DNA from: Flectonema sp. DT1601
Taxonomy: Eukaryota
DNA: 64,000 nt
NCBI GenBank assembly: GCA_964019425.1
Contig: OZ025784.1
Location: 1,240,001-1,304,000, forward strand
Direction: 5' to 3'
Positions 13,501 to 23,979 of this stretch are shown here, one piece after another. Made by a program: the position numbers and the translations under genes. The notes beneath the pieces were generated by a model. That model did not search any database and was not told where the DNA came from. It was given only the letters and a program-made list of their open reading frames with translations. The stretch's first letter is position 1; every line of letters starts with the position of its first letter.

Positions 13501-16190
13501 TGAGTTCCTGAACTTATGTATGAAATATCCATCTCTTGAGTGCTGTAGCTTCCATATTTCTTTGAATTCACAAAAACAGCATACTCGATAATACTGCGCT
13601 GATCTACTCCCCAATCGGGAAACCATAATTTAACAGAATCTCCTAAGTACACAACAGGTTTAAATTCCTTAACCTTAGCTGGTTTATATATCCTATGACC
13701 AGTATCACAATGAGTTGTTGGTTGCTCTACCGGTATGTTCCAGGTTGCCATTTTCACATTTAATATTCTGGTAGGGTCGACGTTAGAACATTTCGGCTTT
13801 ACCTGAACGTCTGAGTGCCGTACAATATCAATCGTGGTAGTATTTTCTGGTACTATGATGTGAAGTCTGCCTTCAGTTGCTATTACTCCGTTTGGTAGAT
13901 GCTCAACTACTCTATTATTAACTTCTGTTGGAGAAGGACTAGTTGGTAATGATGTTGGGGAATCTGTTGATCTAATAACTGATGGAGTATCTGATAATCT
14001 CACAGTGTTTGGAACAGACGTAACCTGATCAGGTGAAAGTGTGTCAGACAACCCAGCATCCGGAGATGGAGTGTCAGGTATTGGTAACTTCGAAGGAGGC
14101 ATTTCTACTTCCGTCATCAACGTCGCAGTAGGATCTGCTATAATATCTGAGATAGGATTTGTAACAGTGGAGGTAGAGGAAGGTGGCACATCAATTAACT
14201 GAACAGTGTTACTTATAAAAGGAATGCTCGTCTCTGAAGGACTACTACCGTCAGGTGATGACAGGTCTTCAACAGTCTGGGTGTCCGTAGTCGGGACACT
14301 CGTTGGTGTCGCAGTTGGAATATCAGCCGTCGGGGAGTTTGTTGAGAGTAGAGTGTCTGTGGGTACCAACACTGTCGGAGTGACTGTAGTCGTGGGCACT
14401 ATCACCGTAGAGCTAGCTGTAGGGACTACCTTTGTCAGGGTAACGGTTGGAATAGAAACCGCTGTTGCCAGAGTAACTGTAGCCGTAGGCACTATCACCG
14501 TAGAGGTAGCTGTAGGGACTACCTTCGTCAGGGTAACGGTTGGTATGGGAGCCGCTGTTGTCGGAGTGACTGTCACCGCTGTCAAAGTAACTGTGGGTAT
14601 CACTCGCGTTGGGGTGTCTGAAGGCAACCCTGTCTGAGTACCTGTCAGCACAGGTGTTGGAGTGTCCGTGAAAAAGATTGGTAATGTATTAGTTGGAACA
14701 ATCGTTGCAGTATTCGTAGGTACTATTGTTGAAGTGCTCGTTGGCGCTGCTGAGGTGTCAGTTCGTAACAATGTCGGAGTGTCTGCGGACAAGAGAGTGT
14801 CCGTGGGCACGCCTGTTAGAGTGTTAGAAGGAACAGATGTTAGAGTATTAGTTACTATTGTTGAGGTGTGTGTGAGGATCATTGTCACTGCTTCTGTTGA
14901 CAGGAGTGTTAAAGTTCCTGTAGACACCTTCACTTTAGTCGGAGTACTTGTCAGTACAACAGTTGGAGTTCGTGTTATCAACTGTGTTAGAGTATCTGAA
15001 GAAACTGCTGTTGGGGTTCGCGTCCGTACAACTGTCGGAGTTAATGTTGGTAACAATGTTGAGGTACTTGTTAGTAACAATGTTGAGGTACTCGTTGGTA
15101 ACAATGTTGAGGTGCTCGTTGGCAGCAGCGTTGAGGTACTCGTTGGTAACAATGTTGAGGTGCTCGTTGGCAGCAGCGTTGAGGTACTCGTTGGTAACAA
15201 TGTTGAGGTACTCGTTGGTAACAATGTTGAGGTACTCGTTGGTAACAATGTTGAGGTACTCGTTGGTAACAATGTTGGGGTACTCGTTGGCAGCAATGTT
15301 GAGGTGCTCGTTGGCAGCAGCGTTGAGGTACTCGTTGGTAACAATGTTGAGGTACTCGTTGGCAGCAGCGTTGAGGTACTCGTTGGTAACAATGTTGAGG
15401 TACTCGTTGGTAACAATGTTGGGGTACTCGTTGGCAGCAATGTTGAGGTGCTCGTTGGCAGCAGCGTTGAGGTACTCGTTGGTAACAATGTTGAGGTACT
15501 CGTTGGCAGCAGCGTTGAGGTACTCGTTGGTAACAATGTTGAGGTACTCGTTGGTAACAATGTTGGGGTACTCGTTGGCAGCAATGTTGAGGTGCTCGTT
15601 GGCAGCAGCGTTGAGGTACTCGTTGGTAACAATGTTGAGGTACTCGTTGGCAGCAGCGTTGAGGTACTCGTTGGTAACAATGTTGAGGTACTCGTTGGTA
15701 ACAATGTTGGGGTACTCGTTGGCAGCAATGTTGAGGTGCTCGTTGGCAGCAGCGTTGAGGTACTCGTTGGTAACAATGTTGGGGTACTCGTTGGTAACAA
15801 TGTTGAGGTACTCGTTGGCAGCAGCGTTGAGGTACTCGTTAGTCTCGTTGGAGTGTTTGTCCGTACGACTGTTTGAGTGGCTGTGGGTTTTGTCAAGGTG
15901 TTCGTGTGCACCATTGTTAGCGTTTTTGTATGTACGACTGTTAGAGTATTTGTCGGGATTACTATCGGGGTGAGAGTTGGTAGAGAACTCGGCAAGTCAT
16001 CTACGTCGTTTGAGTCTTTTGAATCCTTCGAATCTTTTGAGTCTTTCGAATCTTTCGAGTCTTTCGTATCATCATCATCATCGTCATTAGACTTCGATGA
16101 CTTTCCATCATTCTTCCCTCCAGAAACTCTCCCAGTCTCGAAGATCAACAACAGTAATATGAACACGATCAACACACATCGTTGTCGCAT
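10536..16190 (-). CDS. Large secreted/multi-pass membrane protein with Thr/Ser/Pro-rich mucin-like stalk
   Basis: 1884 aa ORF with an N-terminal signal peptide, DSK repeats, about 33 PTSTSTLL repeats and many hydrophobic helices in the C-terminal third. Confidence 0.85.
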   Translation of the reverse strand: MRQRCVLIVFILLLLIFETGRVSGGKNDGKSSKSNDDDDDDTKDSKDSKDSKDSKDSKDSNDVDDLPSSLPTLTPIVIPTNTLTVVHTKTLTMVHTNTLTKPTATQTVVRTNTPTRLTSTSTLLPTSTSTLLPTSTPTLLPTSTSTLLPTSTSTLLPTSTPTLLPTSTSTLLPTSTSTLLPTSTSTLLPTSTSTLLPTSTSTLLPTSTPTLLPTSTSTLLPTSTSTLLPTSTSTLLPTSTSTLLPTSTSTLLPTSTPTLLPTSTSTLLPTSTSTLLPTSTSTLLPTSTSTLLPTSTSTLLPTSTPTLLPTSTSTLLPTSTSTLLPTSTSTLLPTSTSTLLPTSTSTLLPTSTSTLLPTSTSTLLPTSTSTLLLTSTSTLLPTLTPTVVRTRTPTAVSSDTLTQLITRTPTVVLTSTPTKVKVSTGTLTLLSTEAVTMILTHTSTIVTNTLTSVPSNTLTGVPTDTLLSADTPTLLRTDTSAAPTSTSTIVPTNTATIVPTNTLPIFFTDTPTPVLTGTQTGLPSDTPTRVIPTVTLTAVTVTPTTAAPIPTVTLTKVVPTATSTVIVPTATVTLATAVSIPTVTLTKVVPTASSTVIVPTTTVTPTVLVPTDTLLSTNSPTADIPTATPTSVPTTDTQTVEDLSSPDGSSPSETSIPFISNTVQLIDVPPSSTSTVTNPISDIIADPTATLMTEVEMPPSKLPIPDTPSPDAGLSDTLSPDQVTSVPNTVRLSDTPSVIRSTDSPTSLPTSPSPTEVNNRVVEHLPNGVIATEGRLHIIVPENTTTIDIVRHSDVQVKPKCSNVDPTRILNVKMATWNIPVEQPTTHCDTGHRIYKPAKVKEFKPVVYLGDSVKLWFPDWGVDQRSIIEYAVFVNSKKYGSYSTQEMDISYISSGTHLITKAVQAKGTNEWLWANTTSIRVIPSLLNRTVAEMSSLISDGINENISPSLFQITTSLLSDMFNVVDGAADAILLSRTFDLTLSSLRDLSSTDANQAMSSLIGISQSLSKINFEYNYSGSMLNFIVNNQFQFIELDERELQSLYDLNEKPISKLIISNNKNIIITIPKEYLLPSPCRLVVKEYGGIPGRWLEATDSIEIETSIFELMLPGECRPLSLRHHAELLSNGSANTVVKIRTASSHQRTIAIFAVSGSVSDRSYYRHSAVISKTIIPVESDQSISESWDFIIPTLLIIIMRLLSLSDFVRDLSSRRSMDVLLSSKPSSTLSSSETNSETTTKKSLTSSRTTGIDYLEQDRSVKYAPTTESKLDPIEQMDMSFHRLYHESNSRVIEDDDILVLSPSQVTPSVLRTSSDPSNIHLNMGGVNLVSDEFCLSEKPKQSTSTSTIDTPHKLVSSSAISDNRNIIIRTPSVFNFGKTHAYHSISTWSIGNIRSHYVLFLFILLGLCCYIYPTQSLYRAVVRCTTLGVVVFCVGFLPICLDAIMLSEQGESSQIGTLTVRISNATCGSQQSNPLDSIGVSCCKRHITGVEAMRLYKFVVTIRNADLNFQVAGRQVSIPTSYFATYSTAAWMVIEIMNDGETILHDIQKPYDELRGFLIITKIEYTPVHRQSKQHNQQSLLSTTPAWKEPNAEVRFPTYPLFTIFLIVSLSFGLLSSNVFVADIEVWSRYLFALVSLPVMLIAMIFTAFCPKEWLPHRRAILTTIAMTTAGYYLLIVAVSISAEVSSKDLFCCSLCYLLCCVSIGIYTSLVRIDGVKRYGSIVSLLMLLSICGVLFYWFSMDAKYSIIASSAIAILSMLLSRQGFVGFLVLVVATSIITSTVAVKSDYNISIVAGTSSTVTVLVIINIQNWYRGSYPSICSSVLNYSLIGFEIGLLVLSAAVVHSSEHSKGLWVESILLGVIFTLLIVHAIPAVMNKMKISEFLRDRML
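15040..15840. repeat. Coding 24-bp minisatellite (PTSTSTLL) with 144-bp higher-order period
   Basis: Unit GTTGAGGTACTCGTTGGTAACAAT and variants. The GGGG (Pro) variant recurs at 15277, 15421, 15565 and 15709. Confidence 0.95.
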
Positions 16191-16315
16191 GTTGTTTTAG
16201 TATATCATGGTGCTGTGATGAGGAAATTATTTAAAACACATTTGACGATACAAAAAGAAAAAAACTACTTTACTCACTAATGATTAGTGAGGCCCACAAG
16301 GAGGGTGATGAATAA

Positions 16316-17443
16316 TTAAAGTACGTGAGTGGTTATCGGAACTCTAACAACATCAGATTGGTTGAAGTCTCTAATAACACCTTTATCAATAATATTAGAT
16401 AACATATTAATCGACAGAGGTTCTTCAGAACTAACATCTGTTTCAGTTAAGAGAATCAACGATCCACTTCTAACCTCAACCCGACAATTCGGAGTATCAG
16501 AGTGTGCCAACATTGATAAAATTGGGAACACAGCACGAGCCCCTGCGTGATAATTGTACAACACCCGTTCCCAGATATTCCACAACGTCAGTTTGTGATG
16601 TTCCCAAAACACATCAAAAGGTACGTTTAATATCTCAGTAGCGATAACATTCGCCAAGTGATACAAAAGAGAAATTTCTAAAGGGAGATGTAAACCAGTG
16701 ATGCCAACATCCTGAACTGGGTATGGGATTGGTGAATATCTAAACAGTGAACATGGTGGGAAGAGACAAGGATCGAAGAACTCATTCTTAATTAATCCAA
16801 GTGATGCTATCCTTGACACAATATGAAGCATATCAGATATAAATTTAAAGCTGTCTCTCTCCATAGATCGAGCAATCATCGGTTTGTATAGCGAGGAATG
16901 CAATGAAACATTTTTTGAATATATCAACGATCGAATTCTTTCTGATATCTGAGAGGTTTTTGCAACACATTCCACGCGATGAATTAACGAGTCCGCATGC
17001 ATGCAATCGACTGAACAATATTGCATATTACAGGAGTCGCAGTTACAACCTCCTATTTCCGGGTTAGGTTGCTTACACGATGCACATTTCCCATGTGATA
17101 CAGCAGCAAATAATGTCTGCTCAACAAAAACAAGTCTATTCGGTTTAACAGGTTCCTTAGTATTTAAATATAAAAACCTATTTCCATCATATTGATTTAT
17201 TCTGATAACGTCAGTCCTCTTCTTGATATACTTTACTTCGTTGGGTGTGACTTCTGTGTCCCAGACATTGCGAATCAAGCTATCTTGATCTGCTTTGCTT
17301 AACCCAGCGTATATATCTTTTTCTTTTAGGACTTCATTCGCTTGTTGAACCATTGATGATCCTCTCAATTTCTTTGATCGATCTTCGTCCTTTCTCAGTA
17401 GCTGTGATCTCCATGCACGGAGACGACGTGCCTGCCCGGACAT
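16316..17443 (-). CDS. SET and MYND zinc-finger domain protein (SMYD-like, divergent)
   Basis: MYND-like CASC...CDSCNMQYCSVDC...HRVEC and SET-like FPILSMLAHSDTPNC...EEPLSINM. Likely start MSGQARR at 17443; the upstream ORF extension is low-complexity. Confidence 0.75.
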   Translation of the reverse strand: MSGQARRLRAWRSQLLRKDEDRSKKLRGSSMVQQANEVLKEKDIYAGLSKADQDSLIRNVWDTEVTPNEVKYIKKRTDVIRINQYDGNRFLYLNTKEPVKPNRLVFVEQTLFAAVSHGKCASCKQPNPEIGGCNCDSCNMQYCSVDCMHADSLIHRVECVAKTSQISERIRSLIYSKNVSLHSSLYKPMIARSMERDSFKFISDMLHIVSRIASLGLIKNEFFDPCLFPPCSLFRYSPIPYPVQDVGITGLHLPLEISLLYHLANVIATEILNVPFDVFWEHHKLTLWNIWERVLYNYHAGARAVFPILSMLAHSDTPNCRVEVRSGSLILLTETDVSSEEPLSINMLSNIIDKGVIRDFNQSDVVRVPITTHVL

Positions 17444-17775
17444 CGTGTCCAAATATTTATTTTTTCGTATTGCATTCTGTTTTTTTGAATAAAATAAGAT
17501 AAAAAATATCGGAAGGCGAGGTATTCCAACCAAAAGCTTTTTATTATTATTATTACAGCGTCGTATTTTCTCAAAAAAAGAACATGATTGTAGCTGGTAA
17601 GAGAATGAAAGAGATTTAAAAAAAAACTTAAGAAAAAACAAAACAAAAAAATACTTTCATAGCTAAAAGCTCATTTTTTTTTTTTTTTTTTTTTCGAGAT
17701 GTGCAACAGCACAGCTACCGATCAAACAGAACAGTTTTCACATATTTAAATAACATAAAAGTGAATAATATTGTC

Positions 17776-17806
<31 letters not shown>

Positions 17807-18909
17807 CATTTCGCTTCTTTGTTTTTTTTTGTTTTTTCTCTCCCTCATTTCTGGTTCCTTCCCAAAAATTCGACTGTCTTCCCCCATGGAAGTGGACCGG
17901 AGGTATATTTTTTTTTTTTTTTTCTTGTTCGTTCCCAAAAAAAAATATTTTCATTCTCTTCTCAAAGATATACTTTTTTAAATAATGTTAACAGAAACAG
18001 AAACAGCAACCAGGGCACCTTTTCTTTCTATGTTGGGAGTGGTTGCTTACCTAACCACCACCAAATAAAGAACGAATTCGAATTCAAAAAGGAACAACGG
18101 TGTGGAGGTGAAATTATATATAAACAAAAAAAAATAAAAAAAATAAAATAAAATAATAAAAAAAACCGTCGTCGTTGATCTGGGAGGATGAATCTTGCTT
18201 GCGATACTTATGAACTCTGTTCTGGTTAAGTATATTTTGAGTACCTGTTTAAATGAACGCTGTTCACTGTGAGGACTACCCCCCCAGATGACTTATTTTT
18301 AGTTATTTTGTGACGCCGCATGCTAAACGCAGTTCAGCTGATAGTCTTATTTTAATGCTATTCTCAGATAGAAGCGAACTATGTTCGGGGGGGGGAAAAA
18401 AAAATAAAATTCTTTCCTACTTTTTTTTTGACGTTAACTAAACGATAGGGTAAATTTGACTGAAGTCAAATTATTTATTTTATTTTATTTTTTTTTTTAA
18501 TGTTCAACAAAAAAACCTTAAGAACCAAAAATATAACTTTTTTTTTTTTTTTTTTTTTTCGTTGTTGTATGGCGGGTTTGAGGAAAAGGGAAGGGCAAAT
18601 GGTGAGAATACACGCAATCATCCAATTACCTCTTTATTTTTTCCCCTCCCCCTCTGATATTCCATTGCATAAGATAACCTGCTTAATGTTAACATCTGGC
18701 TGGTAATCTGAAGTTTGTTACAAATTTTTTTTTTTTTTTTTTAAAGTACTATTTTGTTGAACTTAAAGCCAAGAAGTACAAAGTCAAGCAATACTACAAA
18801 AGGTTACATCTGTAGAATGTATCATGAGCGATCCAACAAATGATATATTGACAACACCAGTATCAAAGTGTAGAGAAATACTGTATTTCACAAAAAACAA
18901 AACCGAGGG

Positions 18910-18949
<40 letters not shown>

Positions 18950-19019
18950 AAAGTTCCCTTTTCTTTGAAAAGGGATCAGAGTACTTCCTTAAACCATAAT
19001 ATTTTTTTATAAAATTCGA

Positions 19020-19985
19020 CTAAGTTGGAGTAAATACCTGTTTAAGTATTTCATAAGAAGTGAACTGGATACCAGCAGCAGGAAGTGCTCTGAATATGTT
19101 CGCAACACAACCAGCAAAGAATCCAGAAGTGCCTTCTGCTCTCAATATCTCTTTAACACAATGAAAAGTTGAGTTGTATTGTCGTTCTGTATTAAACATG
19201 CCATCAGCCATCATTCTTCGCCAAATAGTATCTAAAGGATACAACAGTGTTTGAGTGACAACTCCAGCCATAGATCCACATAAGAAATGATATGGTAGCC
19301 TTTCTGTTATCGTCGAACCTGACGGAATATTTCTCACTAATATTTCATACGTCGACATCTCAACACCCACAAACGGAGCACCAGTTGCGATACCAACAGT
19401 AAGTCCCTTATAGAATCCTCTAACTCCTTCCTGTTGTAATGTTCTCTTTATACAATTCGGTATTCCATTTCCTGGTACGGTATGCCCTAATGAACTTGAA
19501 GCATATAGTCGTTGTCTAATACTCTCTAGAGGATATGTTAGGGTTGTTTGACATGCCCCGGCAGCAGTTGTTGATGCGATTAACTGAACTAAAGATAAAT
19601 CCTTATTGAGTTGACCTGGTCTCGCCACACCTCTTTTAAAATGATCAGTCAGTGAGAACTTGAATGCGTATGCCGGAGCGATTCTTATTATGTTCGCACC
19701 GCATCCTTTGTATAATGCGAGACAGCCTTCTTCTGAAAAAACTCGTTTGATTGTTGTTGCTGTTGATGTATATTTCTTTTGTTCTCCTATATAACCCATC
19801 ATGCCTTGTAGTTGCATGAGCGTCTTTGCTCGTTCTAAAGGAGCGGTGGCCAACTTTGCGATTACTCCAGAGCTTGCTCCTGCTCCAAAATTTCTTAGAA
19901 ATGTACCAGATCCCGACATCGCGCACGACTGAGCTGTTGACACTGACTCCATACCCCCTGGGGGAGGAGGCCGAAAGGTGGCCAC
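19020..19985 (-). CDS. Mitochondrial carrier family (SLC25) protein
   Basis: Three Px[DE]xx[KR] motifs (PLERAK, PLESIR, PLDTIWRR) plus EGxxxxYKG-type motifs. Start uncertain; first ATG is at 19952. Confidence 0.92.
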   Translation of the reverse strand: MATFRPPPPGGMESVSTAQSCAMSGSGTFLRNFGAGASSGVIAKLATAPLERAKTLMQLQGMMGYIGEQKKYTSTATTIKRVFSEEGCLALYKGCGANIIRIAPAYAFKFSLTDHFKRGVARPGQLNKDLSLVQLIASTTAAGACQTTLTYPLESIRQRLYASSSLGHTVPGNGIPNCIKRTLQQEGVRGFYKGLTVGIATGAPFVGVEMSTYEILVRNIPSGSTITERLPYHFLCGSMAGVVTQTLLYPLDTIWRRMMADGMFNTERQYNSTFHCVKEILRAEGTSGFFAGCVANIFRALPAAGIQFTSYEILKQVFTPT

Positions 19986-20760
19986 CTCGAGCCTGTTTGA
20001 AATAAAAGAAAATTAAAAAAATTTATAAAAAATAAAAAAAAAACCATCGACGATAGTATTAATATTCTGGTAACACACATTTCATCCAAAAGATGTCATC
20101 TTAATTAGTTAGAGTCCCTCAATATAACAAAGTTTTTAATAATTTGCTATCGTTAGTCACCATCCCTATTGTCAAATAAAAGCATCCGTTCAGAGAATGT
20201 TTCATGACGTCTGTTAAGGATACAGTGAACTATAGATGTTTAACTTTACCTTCTGAAATAACTATCAGGATGTTACAGGTATAAGAGACAGATTTGTTAT
20301 TTTTGTTATGTGCTGGTGTCTTGCTGAAAACCACCAGGTGCAGGAAATTTTCAAAAAAAAAAAAAAAAAAAAAACAGAACCAAACTTAGAAAACCTGGTT
20401 ATGAAACGACAGGTAAAAAGGGGGAAAATAGACGAGCAGAGAAGGAGAAAAAAAAAAAAAAAAATACAGATTGATTTGTATTGGAATTGCCCTTTCCAAC
20501 CACCACTGCCAACCTTTACTTACAAAATTAGTCAGCTGCGTCGTGGGAAAGATCTACTCCTTTTGTACATCACGCAACACATATAATTTATCTACAACAA
20601 TAACAAACTAAGCTCGAAGGGGTATAAGAATTGTGTAACTGAACCTTCGATGATAAAATAGAAAAAAAAATAGAGTGAAGAGCAAGGGTTGAGAGTGGAG
20701 AAGAAACAGAATTATGCAAACATCACGAACAAAGAATATCACCACAAACCGTAACATTTA

Positions 20761-22875
20761 TTATGTGTTGTCAGAGAAACATTTCAGTAGTCTGGTCTGA
20801 AAGGCTTCTTTTGTAGCTTTTATCCTCGCTCCTAATAATTTTGTTTTCAGCTCAGCGCTGATATTTGCGAGTTCTATCTGACGAAGAAGGCGATCTTTGT
20901 CTTCGGTAGCAGCGCGAAAGTTCTTTTCAAGTTTCTCGTTTCGCCTCGTTAGATCGACAAGTCTCTGAGCATTCTCAGAATTCTGTTCGTACAGAAGACG
21001 ATTTTCAAGTTCCATTTTTGGATCCAACGAAGGTGATGACGACATTGGATTTGATGCTACTTGAAGTGAAGCAATTTGTTCATCTTGAGCTTTGAGTTTA
21101 CCCTCGTAATCTGATTGCATTATTTCTATTGAAGAATCTAATAAAGAGTTAGCTGAGAGGGCTTTTCGTAATTCCTTTTCCATTTCCTTCATCCTCACTT
21201 CCCGTTGGAATATCTCAGCTTTGAGATCGTCAGTTTCAACTGAAGCAGCCCGTTCTTTGATTAGCAATTGTTCTTCTGCTTCTCTCAGTGATGATGTTAA
21301 TTGGTCTAATTCAGATATCTGTTCTGCTGAACGTTTAGCAGCTGGAGAAGCAGCGCTAACGGATGACTTCTTCACAATACCACTACTAGATGCTCTTCTG
21401 GGTAGTTTCTTTTTAACTTGAGGAGCAGGAGTCTTTGTTTGTTTACTTTCTTTAAGTTCATTAAACTTCCTCATCCAAGATTCTGAAGTCATCCTTTCTC
21501 TGTCGTACTTTTGTTTTAGTTCTTGTGATCTGGTGAGGGCGGCATGTTCTCTTGATTCATAGAATTGAGCTCTTTCTTTATGTGCGTTGCATTCTTTGAT
21601 ACTTTCGTATAGTTCTTCTTTTCGTTCATCGAGTTCCCTCATTAGACTCGTGATCTCAGATTTCAACTCGTCGAGTTCGTTTAGTGAAGAATCGTCTACA
21701 GGAGAATTCGAACCCCCGCTTTTTAAACTACGTCGATGAGGCATGCTACCCGGTCGTGGAATTTGCAGCTGCTCTTCGAGACCAGCGATTCTAGCTCTGC
21801 ATGCTGAGATCTCCTCTTGGGCTTTTTGATATGCAATTTTTAATTCTTCACCATGAAGCTCTTTATTGACTCTGGGTTTATTCTTTATCTCTTTTGCCCT
21901 GTTAGCAAATTGAAGCGTACTGATGCTTTCTTGACTATTAAATGAAGAAGGGCTTATGTTACACAATAAAACTGTACGTGAATTACCTCCAAAGGAGTCT
22001 TGTAAGATTCTAGTTAGTTTGGCATCTCTGTAGGGGATGTGTACGCTCTTGCCATCAGTAAGTTTATTTATGACGTTTCCAAGTAGGGATAGGGATAGGT
22101 TGATCGTTTGAGCTTCTTTCAGACGATTTCCCTCAGCTCCGCTTTTTTCAACTCGTTCAGACCCAGCGAGATCGACGAGATACAATCTACCAATTGTCTT
22201 TGAGTCACCCTGGACGTGATTAATCTGAGTTACTACCAATGTTACTATTGTGTGAGACCGACTACTGGTTTCATTCGCACATGTTGATGCGATGTGTTTC
22301 CTCTGCATTGACTTCTCTATCGTATCCAACGCCTCACTAGCTGATGACACCACAACTTGCTCTGCCCCTTCAACATATACACCTCTACCTGATAGTCTGT
22401 CTTCACGAATTTTTAAGTCAGTTTTCTGAACTGACAATAAATCGTTTAACTGTTCCTTGTACAATTCTAGTACCGACAATTCAATTGAAGTTGTTATCTC
22501 CGCTGTCGGTAATGAAGAAATTTCAGCAAACGTCGCACTAATAACTCTTGGAACGAGTCCTCTGTCTGGAGAGTGAATTGATTTGGTACCTCCGTCAGGA
22601 CCAGTCATGGTGTGAGTTTTTCCAGAACCAGTCTGACCGTAAGCCATGACGGTTCCATTGTATCCTTTAAGGACAGATTCAACAATCGGTAATCCTATCT
22701 TTCTGTATACTTCTTCTTGAGTCCGATTCTGATCAAAAACATAGTCAAAAGTAAATCGTTTATCTCCTATTTTTATTTCTTCATCATCCATTACATCAAC
22801 ACATTCTGATCCTTTCTCAGATTCCGTTGCGTTCGGTGGTCTAATTCGGATATTAACATGAACACGTTCCGACAT
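20761..22875 (-). CDS. Kinesin motor protein (N-terminal motor, coiled-coil tail; kinesin-1-like)
   Basis: Motifs YGQTGSGKT, NETSSRSH, LVDLAGSE and HIPYRDAKLTRILQDSFGG, followed by a coiled coil. Confidence 0.95.
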   Translation of the reverse strand: MSERVHVNIRIRPPNATESEKGSECVDVMDDEEIKIGDKRFTFDYVFDQNRTQEEVYRKIGLPIVESVLKGYNGTVMAYGQTGSGKTHTMTGPDGGTKSIHSPDRGLVPRVISATFAEISSLPTAEITTSIELSVLELYKEQLNDLLSVQKTDLKIREDRLSGRGVYVEGAEQVVVSSASEALDTIEKSMQRKHIASTCANETSSRSHTIVTLVVTQINHVQGDSKTIGRLYLVDLAGSERVEKSGAEGNRLKEAQTINLSLSLLGNVINKLTDGKSVHIPYRDAKLTRILQDSFGGNSRTVLLCNISPSSFNSQESISTLQFANRAKEIKNKPRVNKELHGEELKIAYQKAQEEISACRARIAGLEEQLQIPRPGSMPHRRSLKSGGSNSPVDDSSLNELDELKSEITSLMRELDERKEELYESIKECNAHKERAQFYESREHAALTRSQELKQKYDRERMTSESWMRKFNELKESKQTKTPAPQVKKKLPRRASSSGIVKKSSVSAASPAAKRSAEQISELDQLTSSLREAEEQLLIKERAASVETDDLKAEIFQREVRMKEMEKELRKALSANSLLDSSIEIMQSDYEGKLKAQDEQIASLQVASNPMSSSPSLDPKMELENRLLYEQNSENAQRLVDLTRRNEKLEKNFRAATEDKDRLLRQIELANISAELKTKLLGARIKATKEAFQTRLLKCFSDNT

Positions 22876-23013
22876 ATTGAGGAGGAAGAGGAGAGGGAGA
22901 CTTTTCTTTAAAAAAAAAAAAATAAAAAGTAACTTTCAAAATCTATACCAAACTATTCAAGTATACGGAAGTGAACTAAACGAGATAGGGCTAGATGGTC
23001 TGGTCGTTAATTA

Positions 23014-23619
23014 TTAAGTTGAGAAACCAATTTCAGCAAGTAGTTTTTTGGTTAGGTTGATGGGCATTCCTTGAACGCTGTCAATGTCGCCGTCAATAGA
23101 TTTTATAAAAGGGCTCAGGTCTGAGTCTTCAATCACAAAGCCACCACAGCACTGAAGAGTCTCTCCCTTGGCGACGACAATTTCTTGAACAGCTTTCGGG
23201 ATTTCATTGAAAGTGATTCGGCAAACATCAACGCCAGTCACTTGTTTCCCAGAAGGAAGTGACGTGATGACAACACTACTGCAGGTTTCAAGTGGGGTAT
23301 CGGGAGTGTAGGAAGTTAGAAATTCATAATTTTCTTCTGCAGTTTCAGGTTTTTCTCGTATCTCTGATCCAAACCGAACAACTTGATCACCAGTAATCAG
23401 TAAAACTGTTCCCAGAGATAGTTCTTTGATTTGAGGTACTAACTCGTCTGCCTTTGCCTGAGCAATTTTAACGCAAAGTACTTCGGCATCCGGGTGACGG
23501 ATGGCCTTCTCGTCGATGTCTGCTGACATTTGTTTACTTATCAATCCTGGGAGTGAACCCTCCAACACACTCTTCCTCCATTTGGATGAACTTCCAAGAA
23601 TAACAACAGGTGACGACAT
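23014..23619 (-). CDS. Maf family nucleotide pyrophosphatase, YceF-type (m7GTP pyrophosphatase-like)
   Basis: ILGSSSKWRK, DIDEKAIR, GDQVV, EKP, GGFVIE, SVQGMP. The W/Q/E residues match the YceF subfamily signature. Start taken at MSSPVV. Confidence 0.88.
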   Translation of the reverse strand: MSSPVVILGSSSKWRKSVLEGSLPGLISKQMSADIDEKAIRHPDAEVLCVKIAQAKADELVPQIKELSLGTVLLITGDQVVRFGSEIREKPETAEENYEFLTSYTPDTPLETCSSVVITSLPSGKQVTGVDVCRITFNEIPKAVQEIVVAKGETLQCCGGFVIEDSDLSPFIKSIDGDIDSVQGMPINLTKKLLAEIGFST

Positions 23620-23979
23620 TATTTTTTTTATTTTTTTTGCTTCTTTCATACTAAAGTTACTAATATTGAAATAGTAAAAAAAAAGACAACCCAAAAACTG
23701 CCCTATCAGATTGTTGTTGTTAAAAAGTTTTATTTTGCTGTTGAAATTAAAAAGAAATACTAATCGTCGTTGAATCACTTTTTTTTTTTTTTTTTTTTTT
23801 TCGAGAATTTAAGTTGGTTACGGAGGGAAGGAATAATAGATTTATCTTCCACAGAGAAATTTAAGTAAAACAGAACGAACAGGATTTTAAAAAAAAAAAG
23901 TTATTTTGGAGCACAGTTTTTAGACCAGTCACCCATAAGAAGAGACGGATAGTTTATATGAAATACTTTGGTGTTGTTG

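Noticed and set aside
14206..16200. Long plus-strand ORFs (404 aa, 341 aa and others)
   Set aside because: Antisense shadows of the stop-free Thr/Ser/Pro coding repeat.
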